A stretch of DNA of 64,000 nucleotides from Octopus bimaculoides. Lineage: Eukaryota. Of this stretch, positions 1 through 12,224 are shown in pieces (the first letter of the stretch is position 1; every line of letters begins with the position of its first letter). The translations under genes and the position numbers were made by a program. The stretch lies in contig NC_068988.1 in NCBI RefSeq assembly GCF_001194135.2, positions 94,950,659 to 95,014,658 on the forward strand. Direction: 5' to 3'. A model generated the notes under the pieces. That model did not search any database, was not told the origin of the DNA, and saw nothing but the letters and a program-made list of their open reading frames with translations.

Positions 1-70
1 TATACATATATGTACGTGTTTGTATGTATGAATATATACTTATAATTATGTATGTACGTGTGCGTGTGTG

Positions 71-101
<31 letters not shown>

Positions 102-1120
102 TTGTCTGTCTGTGTTCCTTCGAGTTTTATTTAAGTTCCTCTCAAGAAAGTTGAAGTTGGTCGCTAACAAAACGACAAGACTTTTTTCCGTTTAAGAGAG
201 TTCGCGGTGTCTGTCAATATTAGGTTGAGTTGGTGTATAAATATGTATGTATGAATGAATCTATCAATGAGTCTATGTGTGTGCGTGTGTGTGTGTGTGT
301 GCATGTGTGTGAATGGCTGGCGTGAATATAACAGTACAATATAAAAGAACAAAACGAGCTCAGTACAAGAGTAGAGTGGCAGTAATATTTATTGTTGATC
401 TGAGATTTGACTCTGAGATTTCTGCTCAAGTCTCATGCTTACCGCAATTCAAGTACGAAACACAGAATAGATATATGTATACTTTCTATTGTTTTCGGTT
501 TTATATTCATACATCAATAAAAGTTTTATACTTTTTTTTTTTATCCAGTAACTGCAGGATATCAATATTTTATGTCTGAAATGTTTTTCTGTGTGTATTC
601 TAAATTATGCGAACTACAGTTAACGGGAGACCCAGCGTAATAAACGTTGGCTCTACAATCTAAATCGTAATTACCCAGTATTACTCACCTAGTTTTACAC
701 TGTATTAGGTGTCTTGTTCATGTCTTTGTAATTTGTATAACTTTAGTGGAAAGCTTGGAACATATGCAGCTTAATTCTTCTCTTATTCTGTAAAGATGTG
801 TATCGTAAGCTTGTGTCTATGCACATTTGTCACAAGACTTTCCCCACATTAAATATCTAGTTTTAATATTCAGTTTACTATAAAACAGTATTATTACATC
901 CATTAATGTATTTATTTCTGTCTATCTATTCACTGTCTATTCCTCTCTGCTTATTTCTACGTGAATGTGTGTGTGTGTGAGTTTAAAAGATAAATAGATA
1001 TGGAAGAAAAGACAAGGAAACAGACTAAAATACATTATTAGATACAATAATGCTCTTTTATACTAAACCGTAATTTAAGACTAGATATTTTATGTGACAA
1101 AGTCTTAGGACGAGTTTACA

Positions 1121-1157
<37 letters not shown>

Positions 1158-2450
1158 GCTTATGGTATACATCTTCCAGAATAATAAAGGAATTAAACTG
1201 TAATTGTAACAATCTTTCTACTAAAAATGTACAGATTACAATGATATAAACAAAAGACATAATACAGCGTTAAAATAGACCGTTGTCGCCAGGTGAGTAG
1301 GTTTACATGAGAGAATGTAACTGCCGGACCACTCTAGGTTTCTGAATGTTAGATGGATCTAAGAACAAGAGAGACACTTTATACTTTATATAAGTATATC
1401 CGGCATTGTTTTGTTTCTGTCTTTTTATCAAACACCTGATCAAAAGCTGCAGAATTTACTGTAAGTCATGCGTGACGTGTTGTGAAATATCACAGAGGCT
1501 GGTTCTTTGTAGTCAGATAAATAACCCAATGAGGAGTGAAATAATGAATGACTACATCTCTGCGATGTATTGTTTTTCGGTGAGATTAGAATTTCCTGGA
1601 TCATTAAATTCACTTTTATAATATTTCTTTCAGTAATGCCATTCAGGAAGATTCATCTCTGGTTATCTTCAGACTGGATTTGAAATAGGAACCTTGATTT
1701 CCAAAACAAAGATGATGATGTCCTTGTCCACTGCGTTTGGAAGAAAAGTAAGTTTAAACCACACAACAATACCTACACGGTTTCATAAACAATCATACAC
1801 AAACACACATGCAAACACACATATACACACATACACATACAACACACACAGACACACACTCAAACAGACACAAACACACACGCAGACACACAATCAAACA
1901 CAGCAACAAATACGTGAACTCACACATAAACACATGTATACACACACATACATACACACTCACATGTATACACACTGAAGCGCGCGCGCACTCTCACACA
2001 CATGAACACACATACACACAAACACACACACACATGTTATCGTGAGATTAATCAAAATAATTTAATGTACTCAAAAACGAATGTAACTTTAAAATTCATG
2101 GCAAAATACAGCAGCTGTTTCTAAAGACACCACTTCGGACACAAACTCTCAAGTGTAGCCTCTATGTGTATTATTCATATAGACACATACAAATTAGTAT
2201 ATACCCGTACGTAAACACACGTGTCCGCGCGCAGGCACGCACGCACACACTGTTATCTTTTATCTTTTATTTGTCTCAGTCTCTGAGCTGCAACCATGTT
2301 GGGGTAACACCATCGAATGTTATGTGAAACTAATAGAACCCAGTACAAGGTCGCAAACAAACCAATACCGGTAGCCAAGTTGCGTTGACGTTGATAAACA
2401 CAGAGTTACACGCATAGATATATATGTGACGATGAGAAGGATGGATGTGG

Positions 2451-2830
2451 CTATGGATAAAGGAAATAAACAGTAAAAGATAACGTAGATTGTATCCACT
2501 TAGATAAGAATGGATACTCGAGAAAGATAGAAGTTGCGAAGTTGAATAGAAGACAAATGAAGTTGTGACGGTGAGAATCGTAAAGCAGCCAACTGAGAGA
2601 GTGGAGAGGGGTGGGGGAAGGGAATTCGAACTCTAGGAGGGTGAAAGCATAAATCTGGATCAAATGTTAGAGCAGCATCGTCGGCGGAAGAGCAGTATCG
2701 TCGGCGGAAGAACAGCATCGTCGACGAGTGCTTGGGGAACCCCACTGGAAAATGGACGAATTTTCTTCGAATTGGAAATGAAGAAAGAGTCATCGGTGCA
2801 GAGAAGTGGATGACAGATTTGGTGTGAAGG
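2451..2830 (-). mobile_element. Degenerate CR1/L2/Jockey-type LINE reverse transcriptase fragment
   Basis: Manual minus-strand translation gives FSSGVPQ (GVPQGS-like RT motif), then SADDAAL (catalytic xADD), then an LFNFATS segment. It is frameshifted and internally deleted. Confidence 0.5.
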
Positions 2831-3285
2831 AGATAAAAGGAAGTGGTGTTAGGAAGATTACAGATTCATAGTTGACCGATGTGAAGAAATAAGAGGTGTC
2901 AGTATTTCTAGAAAGTTGATAGAAGTATTAGTGTTGGTGGTTTGAGGGAGGACAACCAAAATGTGAGTGTCTCCCTGATGAGTGACGAAGCATCAATAAC
3001 AGTGGCTGTGTCGAGGGTCAGTGTGGTCCTCGACCATTGTACTTGGGCGTAAATAAAATCAGTCGGTGATCACTTGTTTATGTACTTGTAACGAACAAGT
3101 GGGTTTCCGTGGGGTCAACCTTGATGCCAATGACAACACAGTTGGTGGAAACTATCTGAAGAGGGAAAATGAGTCAGTGTAAAGACGAGGTCAACGAGTC
3201 GGGGAAGTATAGAAGTACCCACATACTTATGCACACGCAAACACAAGCTTATATGTATGTATGTGTGTATGTATTTATGTATGTA

Positions 3286-3432
3286 GGCGCAGACGTGGCT
3301 GTGTGGTAAGAAGCTTGCTTCTCAGCCACATGGTTGTGGGTTCAGTTCCACTGCGCGATACCTTGTGCAAGTGCCTTCTACTATAGCCTCGGGCCGATTA
3401 AAGCCTTGTGAGTAGAGTTGGTTGACGTCGTA
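3286..3432 (+). mobile_element. tRNA-derived SINE family A, head and core half
   Basis: GGCGCAGACGTGGCTGTGTGGTAAG...GGTTCAGTTCCA (box A/box B-like), then AAGTGCCTTCTACTATAGCCTCGGGCCGA. Homologous to the copies at 12289 and 48525; ends in (TA)n. Confidence 0.85.
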
Positions 3433-3481
3433 TATATATATATACACATATGCATATATACATATTTGTATATATTTGTGC

Positions 3482-4283
3482 AGGATCTACTAAGAAGTTT
3501 TGCAAGCTTTCCTTCTAAACCCATTGCAATGCTGGAAACCCTCCCGTATCGTTAGCAGGTATCTCCGGGTTACAAGCGTTGCTTTTTTTTCTTCCTAAGC
3601 GAGGACTGAACTAGTGTTTGCGTGTGGAAGGGTTCCACTTGCTGTCTCTTGTCAACTATATCTACCTTGAGCTTCTTTCAACTGCCGTGTCTCTCTCTTA
3701 GAAGGTCTTTTTCAGTTGTCTGGGTTCCAGACATATCTTGTACAGGAAATAACACACTGATCCAGCTGGAAAGCCGCGGCAGCCAACACCAATCTGGAAT
3801 GAGGCCGCATGCGATCCCTTGACACGGACATCGTCGACCAAATTATGATTGTGTTCCCTGTTCCCTAAGGGAACTGTGAGTTCGACCAGGACTGGTCGGA
3901 GTGATGTTATTTCAATCTCCTCTAGAAAGACAAGTTTGCACTTCAGGTCCACTTGCATCTCACGGTTTGAGGCTAAATATAAAACAGAAAACGAGCCCCC
4001 GTCATTCCATTCATCTTGGGAGCCTTGGTGCTTTCCTTTGATAATTTGATACTCTTTGGTGGTGCAGACTGCTGTTTATTAGCCTTCACATTTTGCAGAT
4101 CAGTCCACTTGCCAATTCTGCAAGGACCTTGTCATGTCTCTATTTGTATAGGCTTTCTCCCAGTGCCGTGAGGCATCCGGTCAAAACGTGGTTCAGGGTG
4201 CAAAGGGTTGCTCCACATTACTTGCAGGATGGGGCTTCTTTTTTACCCCACATCATAAGGTTCTTTGGGGGTACATGGTACCT
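3482..4283 (-). mobile_element. HERO-like (R2 superfamily, REL endonuclease) non-LTR retrotransposon 3' fragment, pseudogenised
   Basis: Minus-strand translation: PPKNLMMWGKKEAPSCK*CGATLCTLNHVLTGCLTALGESLYK*RHDKVL (CCHC knuckle plus xRHD), then VDL..LVF.EEI.ITSLRP, ELTVP, GVGCRGF and AVERSSR*I*L. Several in-frame stops. Confidence 0.85.
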
Positions 4284-4387
4284 ATGCATGTATGTATGTA
4301 CATTTTTCTCATTAGGTAGGAGATTATTGATAAATTGGTAAATAGTTGTGAAAACAGGCAGAAAATAGAAAGACTGAAGAACAGACA

Positions 4388-4432
<45 letters not shown>

Positions 4433-5263
4433 GAGAGACAGACAGAAAAGTAAGAGAGATTAAGTAATATACGTATAGATATGTGAATACATAGACAGAC
4501 ATATGGACTGAGATAGTGGGCGGAGAGAGTTTGAAACAAATGTATATAATTATCTGTTTTAAACTTTTCTGATATATGAGACTAGCCAAAGTGAGTGTAA
4601 GTGTGTGCTGGTTCGTGGAAGTTTAACTGTGATAGATAAATTGTGCGTTTGAAGATTACATTCATTGGAAATATTTTTCCGCTGCACAAAAATACGTAAT
4701 AAAAGGCAATAAAGAAGTTAAATAATAACATAGGGAAAAGTCTAAGAAGGAGATCAAAGAAATCAAAGAATTTTTTAAAATTCAAGACAAACTTTAAAAG
4801 AAAGAAAAACAAGGAGAAATGATAAAAACGAAGTAAATAAATAAATAGATAAATAAATAGATAAATAACTAACTTGGAAAGAAAGGAAGAAGGAAAGAAT
4901 TTTCGCAAAAATTATTCTGAGAGTTGGTGATGACATTAACTTTTATAAGTCCCAGTTTTGATAGCGAAAATAAGAAATGGAATATTTTATAAAAGCAAAC
5001 AAATAACAATATGAATAAAATTTGTGGTGGGGAGAAAAGGGGGAGGTGAACGAGGAGGAACAGGAAGAGGAGAAAGAAAAGTAATGAAGGAGATGTAGAC
5101 GAAGAGAAAAGAATATGAGGTAGACGAAAAAGCGTGAGACATCGATCAGCGATGCTATTTAAAGGGAGATATTCAATCGATGCCTTCTGACGGTTTGATT
5201 GAGAAGTCTTGCCATAGCAATACGGCAGAAGGACGAGGGAATTGTTGAGGCATAGTTAAAGGA

Positions 5264-5265
<2 letters not shown>

Positions 5266-5331
<66 letters not shown>
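5266..5331 (+). repeat. (GA)n microsatellite in a purine-rich tract
   Basis: Directly visible. Confidence 0.95.
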
Positions 5332-5334
<3 letters not shown>

Positions 5335-6092
5335 ACGGGGGAATGGAGTCTGTAAGAAATAAGGAGCAAAAAGTAGTGAGATGAATTATTGACGTAGAAC
5401 GTGACAGAGAGCGAGAGTGAGAGAGTGAGAGAATGAGAGAGAGAGGGAGAGAGAGGGAGAGAGAGGAGGAGAAAAGAGAGGGGGAAGAGGGAGAGAAATC
5501 ATGAATGAAAATCCTTCATATATCGACTTCCGTTGATGTGCATATGAAGCCAACATATAGTGTAATCACAGTTAATAGCAAGTCAGCTATTCTTAACCGA
5601 GTCTGAAGGTTAAATTGCCTTATGTTAACATCGTTGCCATGCCATTTCGCTATCATCTTTATGATGATCAGCAAGCGGACAGTTATTACGTACACGGTAA
5701 AGTAGATTATCAGTGACCAGATCGGAGATGTACCACGAAACACTTTGATAACTAATCAAATTGTTAGACAGTAAAAGCAAATAGAACAGAATGTGTGTAC
5801 GGTTTTAATGGCTAACATAAGCAATGCCTCTCTTTTACTTGCAACACATAATTTGAGATCAAACTGCTTGACAAACTAAATGTGACTCAAAAAGATATTA
5901 TTTACATGTATAGAATATGTTTATACAAATCTTCCGAGTCTTCGCTGCCCATCGTTTCTGTCCGGCACTTGTTTATTAGGGAATATACGCTCGAATATAA
6001 CTTGCTAACCACAAATCTCAAAGCAGGGCCTGGAAGTTGCTGAAGGACTTGTGAAGGCGCAAGAGCTTTTCCTTGCTGCTTTCTTTTTTCTT

Positions 6093-6117
6093 TATTATTA
6101 TTATTATTATTATTGTT

Positions 6118-6174
<57 letters not shown>

Positions 6175-6182
6175 GCTGTTGC

Positions 6183-6213
<31 letters not shown>

Positions 6214-6240
6214 ATTATTATCATCATTATTATTGTTATA
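6093..6240. repeat. Compound (TTA)n/(TTG)n trinucleotide microsatellite
   Basis: Directly visible; it accounts for the poly-C/V/L ORF-track artefacts. Confidence 0.95.
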
Positions 6241-6808
6241 TTTGAGACAAGTTTTTGCATCCAGTCATCAGAGATTTTCAGCTAAGTGTTTAGGCAAATT
6301 GTGGCAATCTTCATTATTAATTCCAATTGCAAAAATCCACGGTCACCCTCTTTTCTTGGCAGATAAAGTCGTTCTATAGTTCTATAGTTCTATCTGCATT
6401 AGAGTGGTGCGTTCTATTTATTGTCAGCAATTTTCGTATTTTTCTGCAAAGATTACAACTTCCATTAATTAACAATTTAATAATATTGAAACTGTAAGTC
6501 ACGATCGCTATGGCAAAAGTATTGATCGCTTCGATCCTGTTTCTTACGTTCAGCCCTTAACCTGCTATAATATTCTTTTCTGATCTTTTTCTTCACCACT
6601 GAATGTTTGATTCCATCACCTTCAAATACTCCTAGGAATTTTCAGCTCTCCGCTGGTTCTAACTCCTTTATAGCATTCTGTCGGTCAAGTGTAACGTTGG
6701 ATCTTTGTGTCATTTTCCCTTTGATAAAGATAGGCTTTTTCTACATTTATCGAAGCCATATTCCATCCTGATGTCGTCACTGTTTTACACTTGCTAGTAA
6801 GCCTTGTA
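6241..6808 (-). mobile_element. R4/Dong-clade LINE RT C-terminal fragment
   Basis: Minus-strand translation: DIRMEYGFDKC, IKELEPAES*KFLGVFEGDGIKHSVVKKKIRKEYYSRLR, NRIEAINTFAIAIVTYSF, RLYLPRKEGDRGFLQLE. Confidence 0.85.
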
Positions 6809-7094
6809 GTTGTACAAGATGGCGAAAACCAACAACACGATCATAATTTATTTGTTTCATTAAATAACTTTTTGTATTACAAACTGGCCACAACTGAGCA
6901 GGTGTGCTGTCAAGATAAACTCGAAAATGTTAATTAGCAAAAGCAAACGCATTCATACATACATACATACATACATACATACATACATACATACATGCAT
7001 ACATACATACATGTATACTTGCATGTACAGAAACACAGCCGTACCAATAATCCCTGTGGTATTTATACAATATATACCTAGCATGTGGTGCGTT

Positions 7095-7832
<738 letters not shown>

Positions 7833-7970
7833 ATTTGTTTCTCTGTGACTTTCTGTCTTATGCAATGTAGTCTGCTATAGTTACATTGGGTCTCATTCCC
7901 GATTTTCAAAGATTCCATATACATATATATGCGTGTGTGTATGTATGTATATATGTATGTTTGTGTACAC

Positions 7971-8010
<40 letters not shown>

Positions 8011-8493
8011 TCACACATACATATGTGTTTCGCTAGTTGTTTCCACTTAAGTACCCTGTTTCAACTTGTTTAGTACAAATGTCGTCAACCATGCGATCAT
8101 TACGCAACTAATACGATCGTTAAAGTAATTGGAATGACAAGAATAAGGCATTTCATCTGGGACTAAATTCGGAATTAGAAAACCAAACCTTAGTGCTGTT
8201 GACTCAAAGATTTGTTGAATTCGCGTGATAAACATTGTTTATCTTTAAATTACCGAATCTTTTGATATCCAGTTCATCTCTTTTAGCTTACAGAAAATCA
8301 ATAACAATGCTAAATCCACATTGAACTGATTAAAATGATTGAACATCCATTAAGAACTCCTTTCCTATATAGTCGAGTTTGGATATTTTTCTTTCGCTCT
8401 CTACAGTCTGATTTTGAAAAAATGTTTTACCAAACTGATCTTAGAAATTTGCTATTTGTAAATCTCACAACGAGTGATATTCAGCAACAGTAC

Positions 8494-8790
8494 TTTGGAG
8501 TAAAGATTGTTTGCCAAAATAATATGGCAGTCCTGGTTTAGGACGAATGTTGCTCTAATTTAACCCCAGGAGACATCTGTGCTGATGAGGGGAAAGAACC
8601 CGGAAATCGTGATACACAGATATTGTTTTGAACTGAGCGGGGGTGCTAGATTCCCTTGTTCAAAAAATATAAGGTCACAGACCGTGTCCTGTAGCCAGCT
8701 GGAGACGATGTCTCCTGGAGATTAATTACAGCAACATTCGTCCTAAACCAGGACTGCCATGTTATGTTGGCAAACAATCTTTACTACAAA
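8494..8790. repeat. 84-bp inverted repeat pair (8494-8577 and 8707-8790) with a 129-bp spacer
   Basis: Manual alignment of the left arm to the reverse complement of the right arm gives 77/84 identical positions without gaps. Confidence 0.9.
8575..8622 (+). ncRNA. Minimal type I hammerhead ribozyme motif (one defect at the base of stem II)
   Basis: ATCTGTG-CTGATGA-GGGGG AAAGAA CCCG-GAAA-TCGTGA-TA-CACAGAT: 7-bp stem I, CUGAUGA and GAAA cores, GGG/CCC stem II, near-palindromic stem III (ATCGTGAT), AUA cleavage triplet. Confidence 0.65.
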
Positions 8791-8842
8791 ATGATCCTGC
8801 TGCAACTTCCTCTTCGATTTGCACTAGGACTTCCATCAGAAA

Positions 8843-9088
8843 CTCAGTCCGAGGGAAAATGACAGAAACATTCAGCGTTACACTTGACCAACAGAATGTC
8901 ATAAACGAGTTAGAACCAGCGGATAGCTATAAATACCTAAAGTCAATGATGAGGGAAAAGATCATCAAAGACTGCTATCGCAGGGTGAGGGCAATTCTCA
9001 AGCCAGGGCTGAACGTAGGAAACAGGATCGAAGCGATCAATACTTTAGACATAACGGTCGTGACTTAGAGTTTCTCTTCGTTTTACAG
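8843..9088 (+). mobile_element. R4/Dong-clade RT internal fragment flanked by an 18-bp direct repeat
   Basis: INELEPADSYKYL..MMREKIIKDCYRRVRAILKPGLNVGNRIEAINTL, same family as 6241-6808. TAGGACTTCCATCAGAAA occurs at 8825-8842 and 9089-9106. Confidence 0.85.
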
Positions 9089-9389
9089 TAGGACTTCCAT
9101 CAGAAATGTTTGTGCCAATCAAAACAAGAACTCAATCGGTTTCCCACCATCAATTCTCTCACTGGAGTCATAAACCCAAGTGAACAAAAAAGGATGTCAT
9201 TTGATGCGTCACTTATCTCACGAATGAGAAATCTGAATGAAAAACACAATCCAGCCGGTAGGCTTCCGTACAATCTCTCTGTGCCAAATTTTCCTCACAA
9301 CGCTTGCGTCGACTCTTTTTGTTAGATGAACACATACGTCCACAAGCACAAATGCTCTCACGCGTATTGCATATTCCTGCGGTTGTGCA

Positions 9390-9458
9390 TTACATACATG
9401 CATTTATGTTACATACATGCATTTATGTTACATACATGCATTCATGTTACATACATGC
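9390..9458 (+). repeat. 19-bp tandem repeat (TACATACATGCATTTATGT), about 3.5 copies
   Basis: Directly visible. Confidence 0.8.
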
Positions 9459-10656
9459 GTTGATGAGTATACATATATGCATGCATACATAGATATACAT
9501 ATATCATGCGCAGCTACCAACACACACATGTATCTGTATGTGTGTTTCTACATACATGTTAGCACGTCGGTGTTCACATTACAAAGTAGCAAAAAGACAA
9601 GAAAGAAAATAAGTATTAAAAAACATCTTATTTTTTCTCCATGAATTTTTTTTTTTCTTCTACAAAATACGACATTTTTCTCTCTCCTTTAGAAAGTAAT
9701 AAACGCGTAACTTGATAGGAGAGACAAATCATTGACTGGACAAGCTAACTCAGCTTTCTATTAATAACTTTGTGAACGTGCTAATGTCGAAACTCTGCCC
9801 ATTCTTGTTATTGATATCCTTGTTTGACATGACAATACCATATTCCCTGCAGCTATCATTCAATGGAAGACAGTTTTGCCACCAATTTTATTCAACGAAA
9901 CAACCTCAAGCGGTCATTCAATCTGCGAGAAATATCAACCAAATCTACCTATTGTCTTAAAATAGGAAGGACGTGTTATATATNNNNNNNNNNNNNNNNN
10001 NNNNNNNNNNNNNNNNNNNNNNNNNNNNNNNNNNNNNNNNNNNNNNNNNNNNNNNNNNNNNNNNNNNNNNNNNNNNNNNNNNNNNNNNNNNNNNNNNNNN
10101 NNNNNNNNNNNNNNNNNNNNNNNNNNNNNNNNNNNNNNNNNNNNNNNNNNNNNNNNNNNNNNNNNNNNNNNNNNNNNNNNNNNNNNNNNNNNNNNNNNNN
10201 NNNNNNNNNNNNNNNNNNNNNNNNNNNNNNNNNNNNNNNNNNNNNNNNNNNNNNNNNNNNNNNNNNNNNNNNNNNNNNNNNNNNNNNNNNNNNNNNNNNN
10301 NNNNNNNNNNNNNNNNNNNNNNNNNNNNNNNNNNNNNNNNNNNNNNNNNNNNATATATATATATTAAATACACTGAATCAAATATAAAAAAGACAGCGTT
10401 GACTAGCAGGGTTTTCACGGGACCATATTATTTCATAACTAATATTTGTAACTTTACAATCTCTTGTACAACATCTAGATGTGTCCTGAACAAAAGCAGA
10501 CATTATTAACTGGCCAACTAATGTAAACAGACACGCCTAAACTAAACCTTATGTGCCGCCCCTTTTAAGCAAGTATTTCAATCAAATGATAACATGTTTT
10601 TCTTACCTTGTATCTTTGCGTCCTTCGTAAATTGCTTGTATAATATATATTTCTCT

Positions 10657-10703
<47 letters not shown>

Positions 10704-10827
10704 TGCGTGTATTAAACATATTATATACAGTATTATATCTATCTATGGTCATCTTTTGCCAATTAAACATACGCACTATTCATTTGACCTTCACTTTGTT
10801 TTTATTTTTATTATTGTTAGTTTATTT

Positions 10828-10870
10828 GTCAAAGTTCTTTCGTCACACATTTTGTGATCTCTTCAGCGAC
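10828..10870 (-). ncRNA. Degenerate hammerhead ribozyme motif, family B copy 1
   Basis: Minus strand: GTCG-CTGAAGA-GATCACA AAATG TGTGAC-GAAA-GAAC-TT-TGAC. Both cores intact, stem II with one bulge, stem I GTCG/TGAC. Confidence 0.55.
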
Positions 10871-10998
10871 TTTTTCTTCCCAAGTGTCTTTACTTGTGTT
10901 ACATTATTTACTTTGGACGGATGTGTGTCCTCATCTTGTTTGGACACACATCCTCATCTTTAAAATATAGTCCACTTGGGCTATTCCATTTTGTCAAA

Positions 10999-11151
10999 AA
11001 TGGAATAAGAACGGTAATGGAATAGGTGCGACAATGGAATAAGCATGACAAAGGAATAGGCACAATAATGGAGTATGCACGGTAATGGAATTGGCATGAC
11101 AATGGAATAGGTGTGACAATGGAATAGGTACAGCAGTGGAACAGGCACGGC
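10999..11151 (+). repeat. 17-bp minisatellite, 9 units, core AATGGAATAG
   Basis: Units such as AATGGAATAAGAACGGT, AATGGAATAGGTGCGAC and AATGGAATAAGCATGAC keep an exact 17-bp period. Confidence 0.9.
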
Positions 11152-11320
11152 GACGTCGACCTATTGTTTCACTGATATTTTATTTTATCTATCTTCGAAG
11201 GATGAAAGGTGAAGTTGAACTCAACGGGATTTGAACTCCGAAAGAGAGAGACCCGTAACTGAACACCACATTGTACTTAGTAATTTCCTACACTCTACCC
11301 AGTCAGCCAAACCACCACCC
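11152..11320 (-). mobile_element. Degenerate SINE family C copy
   Basis: CGAAGGATGAAAGG...GGGATTTGAACTC, homologous to 54175-54370. Confidence 0.55.
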
Positions 11321-12224
11321 AACAATCATGTGTTAACATGATGTAATCGAAAAGTACCTGAGCAAATACAACGAACAAACCATCTTTAATGGTACCTAAA
11401 TTGGCCAATGACATTTCTTCAGTTGTTCAATATTTTTATGTCATCTACTCGCAGGTTGTAATATTTTGCTCTTTGCAACAGCAACTGGCAACATTTGATA
11501 CAATTAATGTTATAGACATTCATTCCTATCGACTTTCTATTCGTCATTGTTTTCTTCTTTTATTTCTTTGTCGAAATTATATTCCTTTACCCTCTAGGAG
11601 AAAGAAAATGACTACAAATCAAATCATTAAATGTTTAATATAACCAACCCGAATTTATTCCTATGATTCTACGTGACAAATTACAAAATTAAATAGAAAT
11701 GACCATTTACTTAGCATTTATTTGATTTGATTATTTTTACCTAGAAAAACATGTCCAGGTGTTGGGAGTAATGTTAACAAAATTACACAAAACCTTTATT
11801 GAGAAAAAGGAAAGAATTTCTCTGTCCACAAATAAAAGTAGATTGAATCAGAAATGTTAAACGATCAATAAATTTCAATTACAAATTAGTGATTTCGTTT
11901 GAATATCCACCATACAGCCGCAGGACTAGCAGGCTTCGTAGTTTACGAGTATGCTTAGCAACGGGATTCCCGGTTCGATCTCATTGCATGGCACTTTCGA
12001 TAAATGTATCAATCATGTATCGATTTCCATCGGCCTAAGATACGAAGAGTGTTGTGGAAACTGGGATACACGGTACTTTATGAATAAAGTTCCTGGTTAA
12101 TTTCGCTATCAGAGATGCTTGGATAAGCAAAAGCGTCATCAGAATCCTGTAATAAACAAGGCTGTTTTTATACATAAATAAAATAAAAAATACACAGAAT
12201 GAAATCAATATTTTGTTTGAAGAC

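Noticed and set aside
1633-1753. Candidate exon ending at AAAA|GTAAGT
   Set aside because: The best acceptor gives stops in all three frames. Alternative acceptors lack pyrimidine tracts, and the peptides are unrecognised.
2970-3000. CTGATGAG..CGAAG as a hammerhead
   Set aside because: It lacks GAAA, and stems I and III cannot be formed.
10999-11151. CRISPR-like array
   Set aside because: The context is eukaryotic, the period is only 17 bp, the variable parts are mutually similar, and there are no cas genes.
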